NCBI GenBank assembly: GCA_934278925.1
Contig: CAKQWJ010000005.1
Span: 19,615 to 83,614 of the forward strand
DNA: 64,000 bases
Direction: 5' to 3'
DNA from: an uncultured Clostridia bacterium
Lineage (GTDB): Bacteria; Bacillota; Clostridia; Peptostreptococcales; Anaerovoracaceae
A program made the position numbers and the translations under genes. Positions within the stretch are counted from its first letter, which is position 1. Each line of letters starts with the position of its first letter. A model generated the notes under the pieces. The model was not told the origin of the DNA, did not search any database, and saw only the letters and a program-made list of their open reading frames with translations. Shown here piece after piece: positions 56,764 to 64,000 of the stretch.

Positions 56764-59700
56764 ATGTTATTTAGTGAGAACAATGCAGATATTCTGTACA
56801 ACGAGATTACCGGCGCTTATCTGGATCGAGGGTACATGCATGGCGAGGGTCTGACCAAGGATCAGGTAAACCGGTCCCGGGATTTGTTCAAAGCCATGGC
56901 CTACGACCTGATTGACCGTGGCGATGAAACCGGACGGATTCACACGCCTGAAATTCTGGCTGTGTGGAAGAATCACCTTCATCCCGGCGGTCCGGAACCG
57001 GAGGACGGCTGGCTGCAGCATTGCTACACGTTCCTTCGGAATCAGCTGTTCCCCCATCTTCCGGGACCGGCGGATGCCGACGCCTTCCGCCAGCAGCGGA
57101 ACAACCTGCTCCAGCTGATGCGCGGCGTATTCATATACGAACAGAAAACCCTTCCCTTCAATCCGACGAAGGACCTTCGGCTGCTCAGCGATGTGCAGAT
57201 TGCAGCCGGCCGTTTTAATCCGGAATACACCAAGATGCACAAAATGATTCGCAACAAGTACATCTACGAATTCATGCGCATCGGTATCGATATTACGCCA
57301 TTTAACACCCTGGGACATATCAGCGGTGTTCATTACGTTGCCATGTATATGGCCTATCAGCTGCACCAGGTGGGAATGCCGGTGGATCTGGGTATCATCT
57401 CCGGCGCCGCCGCCATGCATGACATCGGTAAATACGGCTGCCGCCCATTTGAGGAACAACGTGTTCCGTATCTTCATTATTATTACACCAACTACTGCCT
57501 CAGCCGGAATGCCCTTCCTACCATTGCGCATATCGCAGCCAATCACTCCACCTGGGATCTGGAGCTGGAAAACCTTTCCGTGGAATCCCTGCTGCTCATC
57601 TATGCGGATTTCCGCGTAAAGAGCACCCGAGTGAAGGATAAAGAAGTCATTCACTTCTATTCCCTCAAAGAGGCTTTCGATGTCATCCTGAACAAGCTGG
57701 ACAACGTGGATGCCGCCAAGCGCCACCGCTATGTAAAGGTCTATGCGAAGCTGAAGGATTTCGAAGACCTGATGATTGAAAACGGCGTCTCCGTAGATCT
57801 TCCGAAAGAAGCCACGGCCCATTTCGACGAACAGTGCATTCAGAAACCGATTCCACTGCGCCTCCGCCCTGCCCTGCTCCGGAACGACGAGGTGGTGCAG
57901 GAGCTGAAATTCCGGGCTATCGGCCACAACATCCGAGTGATGAGCCGCTTCAGCAACCCGGAACAGTTCGCCAGCCTGATTGAATCCGCCCGCAGCTGCC
58001 AGCGTTGGAAGGATACCCGTACTTACATCACCATATTGGGGGAATATTCCACCTACATGTCGGAGGATCAGAAGAATCTGACCCTGAATTTCCTGTACGA
58101 AATGTTGGCCCATCAGGCCAGCGACATCCGGGAACAGGCGGCGGCGCTCATGGGCCGCATCGTGGCAAATTACCGAGAGGAGTACAAAAAAGAACTGCCG
58201 AAGGATGTTCCTTCCCCGAACATTACGTCCACCAACATCTATCAGTTTGAATCCTTTCTGATAAAAATACTGAACCCGGACTACAAGGTGACCGACCACC
58301 ACCGGAAATGGATTACTTCCTGTGCGGACTTCTACGTGGAATCCGCCCTGAACAATTGCAATCCGGCGCGCCGTCACTTCTACTTTGATGTGCTGGAAAA
58401 GTATTACGATTCGGAGGATGTGTCGGAAGCGCGCATCATCGTGCTGATGATTACCGCCCTTCGAATCAATCCGACCTGGTGTCCGGACTCCTTTATCCAG
58501 ACCATCCGCTTCTTTTCCAAGAACATGCTGGGGTCCTTTTCCCAGGATGTGGATTTGATCACCTTGGATGTGATGGATCATTACTTCGGGGATACCATGG
58601 AGAACTTCACGGACATCCGCCGAAAGGATATTCTGGGATTGACGGGGGACACTCTGACGGAGAAGGAGCTGTCCACCATGTTCCTGGACAACCTGAAGAC
58701 CCGCACTTCCTGGAACCGGAAAATGGCCAATATCCGCTATATGCTGGAATCGGTCCACACCGAAGTGGGGCAGGCCCGCATTCTCCAGATTGCAATCCAC
58801 CTGGCCAACCTGATTAAAAACAGTGAAACCATCACCGTTCGCCGTTATGCCGCTCAGGCCCTGTTCCGGATTCTGCCGGATCTCACATCGGATCAGGCCA
58901 ATGAGCTGATGATTGAGATTTTCAACGGCCTGGAAATTGAGGATTACCAGTTCAGCCGGTCCCTGCCGAAGGTGCTGGGCATCATCACTCTGTACCTACC
59001 GCCGAAGGAACTGGATGAAGTCATAGACGAACTGGAGAAGATGCTGAACAACGGCGTGGAACGTTCTGCCTGTGCGGCCCTTCAGACCATCGCCGTCATT
59101 CTGGAAGAATACGATATCTACAAATTCGAAGAAAAAGCCGGCGTCATGGAAGCTCGCACCTCCAGGCTGCTGGGACTCCTGCTGAAGGGTTTTGCCTACT
59201 ACCGTGCGCCGATTTCCCAGGAAGCCTTCCGCATGATTGGAGAACGCATTTTCCACAGCGAGAAGCTCTCACCGGAACAGAAGCACGATATCGCCGTTCG
59301 CTGCTTCAAGCGGCTGGTAACCATCATCCCGTTTTCCGCGAAGGAGCGTGAGGATTTGCAGTTCTACAATAACTCTGCGGGGTTGCTGAATATCTATCGC
59401 TTCATATCGGAATATCAGACGGAGGTGGGCGATTTCCGCTTCCCGGAAATGAAGAAGGTGGCGTTCTTCCCGGGAACCTTCGACCCGTTCAGCCTGGGGC
59501 ACAAGGCCATTGCCACCACCATTCGGAATATGGGCTACCAGGTATATCTGGCCATCGATGAATTCTCCTGGTCCAAGAAGACCCTGCCTCACATGCTGCG
59601 GGAGGAAATTCTTGCCATGTCCATCGCCGATGAAGAGAACCTTTATATTTTCCCGGACGATATTTCCGTCAACATTGCCAATCCGGAGGATCTGGCGGAA

Positions 59701-61566
59701 CTGCGCAGCCTGTTCCCGGAACAGGAAGTCTACATTGCAATGGGATCCGACGTGGTGAAGAACGCTTCCTGCTATCGGTTGGAGCCTTGCGAAAACTCCA
59801 TCCATTCTTTTAACCACATCATCTTCGCGAGAGATGCCAAGAATTTGGATGAAGAAACCGGTGAGGCCTACCCGATTACGGGAGAGGTCATCCACCTGAA
59901 GCTGAAAAAGTACTACGAGGATATCAGCTCCACAAAGATCCGGGACAACATCGATATGGGGCGGGATATTTCCAACCTGCTGGACCCAATCGTGCAGAAC
60001 TACATCTACGACCGCAGCCTCTATTCCAGGGAGCCGGCGTACAAACACGTACTGCAGGCCCAAGATTTGAAAATCAGCGACTACAAGCACGACAACTACG
60101 CGGCCATCGCCAATATGCGGGAGGAGCTGAGCGGCCGGGGCTACGCTTTCGACGCCCTGTGGAACTACCTCTCCCACGAGGATACTCAAACCCTCTACGT
60201 GGAGAGCGGGCACAAGAACCGGAAGGTTTCCGCTTTTGCGGCGGCACGAAGATTTGAAACTCACGATTTGCTGACGGAGTTTCAGGATCCGAAGATTACC
60301 GCCACCATTCGAAATCAGGCCCACGGGGGCATTGCGGTTATCGGTGCATTCTACGCCAATTCCAATCGTTCCGTCAGCAATCTGAACCAGATTCTTCTGA
60401 CGGAACTGCTCACCGGTCTGCTGGCCAAAGACTACGCGTATGCCGTCTACCATCCGATTGACCCAAGCGGCTACAGCGGTGCCACCATCGAGGCGCTGCG
60501 CCGACAGGGTTTCGTAAATATTTCGGATACCGCCGCTCATCCGGTGTATGCGGTAGACCTCACCGACCCGATTGTCATTTTCCGGGATGTGGAAACGGTT
60601 ATCAAGGCGCCGCTGAACAAGATTCCAAAGGTGCAGAAGGCCATCGACGATGCCCACAACCGGCTGCTGAACACCTTTACCCAGATGTTCCCGGGGAAAT
60701 TGGTGATTTCTTTTAACACCAGCGCGGTATACAGCAAAATCGTGGATTTGGTGGCACTGGATAACGGAGTGTCCACCATTCCGGATCCGGCCCGAAAACG
60801 CGGACCGTATCTGGCGGTACCGTTCGGAAAAGCACTGTCCGATGTGGCCGTTCCGAACACGGTAACGAAAGCGCTGTATACGGAGAAATATTTCCGAAAC
60901 GACTTGTCCGGCTTCACCGTGGGCGCATCGGAGAATTACCCGTCCTTGAAAAACCAGGCACGGATGCTGAAATCCTTCAACCGTCCGGTGATTCTCATCG
61001 ACGACCTGCTCCACAAGGGACAGCGCATGAACAACATCGACCCGATTCTCCGGACACAGAATATCGACGTGCACAAAATCATCGTGGGACTTCTTACGGG
61101 GAATGCCCGGGACACCATGAGCGTTCGGGGCCGGGAGGTGGAATCGGCCTACTTCATCCCGACCATCTCCATGTGGCTCAACGAGCGGGACTGCTACCCA
61201 TTCATCGGCGGAGACAGCATCGAACGGCCGGACGGTTCAGCGGCACGCTCCGTTAATTTTATCCTGCCGTACACCAGCTTCAACTTCGTGGGCGGCAAGA
61301 ATCTGGAACACATTTACAAATACTCCATGACCTGTCTGGAGAATGCCCGGGATATTCTTCAGGTGCTGGAGCAGGAATACCAGGCAACGTTCGGCAAGAA
61401 GCTGACCATCCGGCGGCTGGGGGCTATCATCAGCAACCCGAGAATGCCGGTGCTGGGGGCGGACCTGGACTACAACGAACACCTTTCCCCGTCCCAGTAT
61501 GTGGAAAGCGATATCCGGAAGGCGCAGCGCCTCAGCCTGTACCGAGAATGCGAAATGGAGGAATAG
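56764..61566 (+). CDS. Uncharacterised ~1600-aa multidomain protein: N-terminal HD phosphohydrolase domain, long helical (HEAT-like) repeat region, HxGH/ISSTxxR cytidylyltransferase-like (NadD/PPAT-type) nucleotidyltransferase domain, C-terminal PRTase-like segment
   Basis: Start at ATG 56764 (MLFSENNADILYNEITGAYL…). The track ORF starts earlier, but that start overlaps coaBC and lacks an RBS. HD motifs: HISGVHYVAMY…AAMHDIGKYG (nt ~57418-57432)…IAHIAANH…IYADFRV. NTase motifs: FFPGTFDPFSLGHKAIA (59473-59502) and ISSTKIRDNI (59922-59942). PRTase-like motif: RPVILIDDLLHKGQRM (60988-61020). The stop is 4 nt before the next gene. Confidence 0.7.
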   Translation: MLFSENNADILYNEITGAYLDRGYMHGEGLTKDQVNRSRDLFKAMAYDLIDRGDETGRIHTPEILAVWKNHLHPGGPEPEDGWLQHCYTFLRNQLFPHLPGPADADAFRQQRNNLLQLMRGVFIYEQKTLPFNPTKDLRLLSDVQIAAGRFNPEYTKMHKMIRNKYIYEFMRIGIDITPFNTLGHISGVHYVAMYMAYQLHQVGMPVDLGIISGAAAMHDIGKYGCRPFEEQRVPYLHYYYTNYCLSRNALPTIAHIAANHSTWDLELENLSVESLLLIYADFRVKSTRVKDKEVIHFYSLKEAFDVILNKLDNVDAAKRHRYVKVYAKLKDFEDLMIENGVSVDLPKEATAHFDEQCIQKPIPLRLRPALLRNDEVVQELKFRAIGHNIRVMSRFSNPEQFASLIESARSCQRWKDTRTYITILGEYSTYMSEDQKNLTLNFLYEMLAHQASDIREQAAALMGRIVANYREEYKKELPKDVPSPNITSTNIYQFESFLIKILNPDYKVTDHHRKWITSCADFYVESALNNCNPARRHFYFDVLEKYYDSEDVSEARIIVLMITALRINPTWCPDSFIQTIRFFSKNMLGSFSQDVDLITLDVMDHYFGDTMENFTDIRRKDILGLTGDTLTEKELSTMFLDNLKTRTSWNRKMANIRYMLESVHTEVGQARILQIAIHLANLIKNSETITVRRYAAQALFRILPDLTSDQANELMIEIFNGLEIEDYQFSRSLPKVLGIITLYLPPKELDEVIDELEKMLNNGVERSACAALQTIAVILEEYDIYKFEEKAGVMEARTSRLLGLLLKGFAYYRAPISQEAFRMIGERIFHSEKLSPEQKHDIAVRCFKRLVTIIPFSAKEREDLQFYNNSAGLLNIYRFISEYQTEVGDFRFPEMKKVAFFPGTFDPFSLGHKAIATTIRNMGYQVYLAIDEFSWSKKTLPHMLREEILAMSIADEENLYIFPDDISVNIANPEDLAELRSLFPEQEVYIAMGSDVVKNASCYRLEPCENSIHSFNHIIFARDAKNLDEETGEAYPITGEVIHLKLKKYYEDISSTKIRDNIDMGRDISNLLDPIVQNYIYDRSLYSREPAYKHVLQAQDLKISDYKHDNYAAIANMREELSGRGYAFDALWNYLSHEDTQTLYVESGHKNRKVSAFAAARRFETHDLLTEFQDPKITATIRNQAHGGIAVIGAFYANSNRSVSNLNQILLTELLTGLLAKDYAYAVYHPIDPSGYSGATIEALRRQGFVNISDTAAHPVYAVDLTDPIVIFRDVETVIKAPLNKIPKVQKAIDDAHNRLLNTFTQMFPGKLVISFNTSAVYSKIVDLVALDNGVSTIPDPARKRGPYLAVPFGKALSDVAVPNTVTKALYTEKYFRNDLSGFTVGASENYPSLKNQARMLKSFNRPVILIDDLLHKGQRMNNIDPILRTQNIDVHKIIVGLLTGNARDTMSVRGREVESAYFIPTISMWLNERDCYPFIGGDSIERPDGSAARSVNFILPYTSFNFVGGKNLEHIYKYSMTCLENARDILQVLEQEYQATFGKKLTIRRLGAIISNPRMPVLGADLDYNEHLSPSQYVESDIRKAQRLSLYRECEMEE

Positions 61567-61569
61567 ACA

Positions 61570-62529
61570 ATGCATATTCATGATCTGGTAAAAGAACCCC
61601 TCTCCTTGCGAAAGTGTCCGGTGACCCCGGGTACCAAAGCGCGGGTGAATATCGTGGCGCTGGGGGATGTGGGAACCACCATGCTCATCGGCCTCAAGCT
61701 TCTGGGGGGCGATGTGATCGAGTCCATCGGCATCTGCGATATTCGGAAGGAAAACACCCAGCGGCTGGAAATGGAAATGAATCAGATCGGGTGCCCCTTC
61801 GGCGGACCGGTCCTTCCCTCCGTGGATGTGGTGCCGGAGGAAGAACTCTTTGCCGGAGACGTGCTGATATTCTGTGCCAGCCGGGGAATTCCGCCGGTGG
61901 AGCCCGGCTCCAATGTAGATGTACGGATGGCGCAGCTGGAGGCCAACCGGGATATCATCCGGCATTACGCCGAACTGGCACGAGATGCCCGGTATCAAGG
62001 GCTGGTGTGCGTGGTCAGCGATCCGGTAGACAACCTGTGTGCGGCGTTCCTGGATGAATCCGGGCTGGAGCCATGGCAGATTCAGGGATACGGCCTTGGA
62101 GTCATGCACAAAAGAGCGGAATATTATGCCTCCAAGGATTCCCGTTTCGCCTCCTACCTCACGGAGGGACGGGCCTTCGGTCCTCACGGGAAGGACCTGG
62201 TAATTGCCAACAGCATTGACCGGTATGACGATGCCCTTTCCCGGGAATTGACGGACCGGGCGGTCCTGGCCAACATCGCCGTCCGGGACCTGGGCTTCAA
62301 GCCTTACATCGCACCGGCCCTTTCCTCTGCCGCACTGTCCATCCTCCTCACCCTCCGGGGGGAATGGCACTACGGCTCCCTGTACCTGGGCACTCGGGAA
62401 CGGGGCGCATTTCTGGGAATGAAAAACCGCCTTACGGAAGGCGGCTGGGAATGGGAGGATTTGGACCTTCCGGCGGAGCTTTACGAAAGGATTCGGAACG
62501 CTTATGAAAACCTCTGCGAAATCCGATAA
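61570..62529 (+). CDS. LDH/MDH-superfamily 2-hydroxyacid dehydrogenase-like protein (divergent)
   Basis: Rossmann N-terminus (ARVNIVALGDVGTTMLIGL), LDH-like VVSDPVDNL segment, and a GPHGKD segment aligned by eye with the LDH catalytic GEHGDS. Confidence 0.6.
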   Translation: MHIHDLVKEPLSLRKCPVTPGTKARVNIVALGDVGTTMLIGLKLLGGDVIESIGICDIRKENTQRLEMEMNQIGCPFGGPVLPSVDVVPEEELFAGDVLIFCASRGIPPVEPGSNVDVRMAQLEANRDIIRHYAELARDARYQGLVCVVSDPVDNLCAAFLDESGLEPWQIQGYGLGVMHKRAEYYASKDSRFASYLTEGRAFGPHGKDLVIANSIDRYDDALSRELTDRAVLANIAVRDLGFKPYIAPALSSAALSILLTLRGEWHYGSLYLGTRERGAFLGMKNRLTEGGWEWEDLDLPAELYERIRNAYENLCEIR

Positions 62530-63649
62530 TGAGATTCATAATAACAAGCCAAAAGAACTTCTGGTGATTCGTCCCATCTGCGAGATGCTGGGACGAATCG
62601 GCCGGATGGAACAGGTACTGGGGGACTGCCTGACCCGATTGGAAGAGGAAGGCGTCCGGGTGACCTTGGTGGAAAAGGTATCCGAACTGGAAGATATTCC
62701 CATGCCCGGAAAAAAGGTGATTTTCGCCATCTGCCTCTCGGAGTCCGGCGTCAACCTGGAATACTACCGGCTGCTGGAAGCCTTCCGGCTCCATCCCCAC
62801 TGCTTGGACGGTTCCGTGGGTGGAATTATCGTGGACGGCGCCAGCGATCTGTACACCAAAGCATTGGCCCGCCGCATGGCCTTCTCCGCCAACAGTTCGG
62901 GCTGCACCTTTCCCGGAAAACCCCTGGTGGAAGCCACCGGCACCCTGGCGAACTTCCGGGTGCTGAGCCAAATTACGGGAAAATCGTTGGAAGAAGTCTA
63001 CGCCCTTCAGGTGGAAAATCTGATGCGAAAGGTCCTGGACTTCGATCTGACCGATGCCGGGTGGCGCCATCCGGATGACGCCTCGTCTGCGTCCCCGCTT
63101 CACATTGCCGCCATCCATTCCGGTTCCCGAAAAACCTCCAACACGCTTCTTCTATGGGATATGATTCGGCGAAACTTGCCGGAGGGCACCACCGTGGAAG
63201 AAGTCTCCCTCCGGAACGGCTCCATTCAGGATTGCCGCGGCTGCACCTTTGAGGCCTGCCGCCACTTCGGCGAGAAAGAAGATTGCTTTTACGGCGGAAT
63301 CATGACGGAGCAGGTTTTTCCGGCCATCCTTCGCAGCGATGCGGTCATGCTGATTTCACCGAACTACAACGATGCCCTGAGCGCCAACCTCACCGCTATG
63401 GTCAACCGGCTCACTGCACTGTTTCGGACCCATGATTTCAGTAAAAAAAGAATCTACAGTCTGGTGGTTTCCGGCTACAGCGGCGGCGATATCGTGTCGG
63501 AACAGATTCTGGGGGCCTTCTGCTTCAACAAGAACTTCATCCTGCCGGGGCGATTTGCCATCGTGGAAACCGCCAACGACCCCGGCGCCATTCTGGATGT
63601 GCCGGGGATTGAGGGCAAGGCGCGCACCTTTGCGCAGCATATGTGGTAA
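62504..63649 (+). CDS. Two-domain flavodoxin-fold protein; C-terminal half resembles iron-sulfur flavoproteins / NADPH-dependent FMN reductases (compact Cys motif CRGCTFEACRHFGEKEDC)
   Basis: Overlaps the upstream gene by 26 nt. …LHIAAIHSGSRKTSNTLLLWDMI… has an FMN-reductase-like N-terminus. A Cx2Cx3Cx7C cluster lies at nt 63232-63288. Confidence 0.55.
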   Translation: MKTSAKSDNEIHNNKPKELLVIRPICEMLGRIGRMEQVLGDCLTRLEEEGVRVTLVEKVSELEDIPMPGKKVIFAICLSESGVNLEYYRLLEAFRLHPHCLDGSVGGIIVDGASDLYTKALARRMAFSANSSGCTFPGKPLVEATGTLANFRVLSQITGKSLEEVYALQVENLMRKVLDFDLTDAGWRHPDDASSASPLHIAAIHSGSRKTSNTLLLWDMIRRNLPEGTTVEEVSLRNGSIQDCRGCTFEACRHFGEKEDCFYGGIMTEQVFPAILRSDAVMLISPNYNDALSANLTAMVNRLTALFRTHDFSKKRIYSLVVSGYSGGDIVSEQILGAFCFNKNFILPGRFAIVETANDPGAILDVPGIEGKARTFAQHMW

Positions 63650-63736
63650 AGGGGCTGCGGCTTACAGCAGGTGCTATTATACATTTAACCAAATGATGTG
63701 AATTGCGGTGTATCTCCGATTATGCGGAGCACACCT

Positions 63737-63778
63737 AAGAGAATCGGATGCGTCTGATTCTCTTTTTTTGTTTTTTAC
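63737..63778 (+). terminator. Rho-independent terminator closing the 56.7-63.6 kb operon (aagagaatcggatgcgtctgattctcttttttt)
   Basis: An 8-9 bp stem is followed by a long T-run. Confidence 0.8.
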
Positions 63779-64000
63779 TTTTCTTGCGATTTCCACCGGT
63801 GTGCTTCCTCTGGTTTAAAAACAGGGCAGTATAGTTTTTTTATCCGTGGTTTCAGTCCTTTTTGTTCTAAGCATATTGTGCTTAAAAGTATTTCTGCTAG
63901 GATAGACTCATGAAATTTCAGAAAGCCTAAGCGCGCGCACCGCTATAGTGAGTCTAATATAGTTTCAGCATTTACCATTAAGATTTGACAGGAGCTATAT

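Noticed and set aside
63915-63945. A 12-nt match to the reverse complement of the T7 promoter core (CTATAGTGAGTC) at ~63924-63935, in the AT-rich region after the operon terminator.
   Set aside because: The match does not extend to the rest of the 23-nt T7 consensus, and no phage or vector context is present. It is most likely a chance occurrence.

Overview
This 64 kb window looks like a chromosomal segment from a high-GC Firmicutes/Clostridia-type genome. The lineage guess rests on GGAGG-type ribosome-binding sites, the secA–prfB, prfA–tsaC–rpiB–upp and DUF3793–flavodoxin gene orders, and an [FeFe] hydrogenase; confidence in it is low. About 75% of the window is coding, mostly on the minus strand.

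Housekeeping genes that are well supported by motifs:
- an alanine/glycine:cation symporter
- ogt
- tRNA-Thr(CGT)
- a LysR-family regulator
- proC
- cca
- an iron-containing alcohol dehydrogenase
- lon, rlmH and addB
- prfB with its programmed +1 frameshift
- secA
- an LtaS-family protein
- tyrS
- an [FeFe] hydrogenase
- upp, rpiB, tsaC, prfA and rpmE
- coaBC

Accessory and unusual content:
- Three intergenic arrays of 86–96 bp tandem repeats, each unit able to fold a 9–11 bp-stem hairpin, lie at 4690-5445, 9205-9415 and 32668-33100. All three share a 'ggctttgc(c/g)gg'-like motif and each sits directly 5' of a minus-strand gene for a secreted or cell-wall-acting protein (Big_2 protein, CHAP peptidase, Amidase_6 protein).
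- Two ~300 bp, ~97%-identical direct repeats with their own terminal inverted repeats (MITE-like) bracket a PD-(D/E)xK-like nuclease gene.
- Two visibly AT-rich islets occur at ~11.0–12.4 kb (small peptides) and ~30.3–32.5 kb (orphan atypical OmpR-type regulator plus amidase).
- Two adjacent giant secreted proteins are present: a CotH-family protein and a phosphodiester-glycosidase/metallophosphoesterase/cell-wall-binding fusion.
- Most notably, a plus-strand operon lies downstream of coaBC. It encodes a ~1600-aa HD–helical-repeat–HxGH/ISST nucleotidyltransferase–PRTase-like fusion protein, followed by an LDH/MDH-family dehydrogenase and an iron-sulfur flavoprotein. I could not place the large fusion protein in any characterised family.

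All calls come from reading motifs by eye. No database searches were run.
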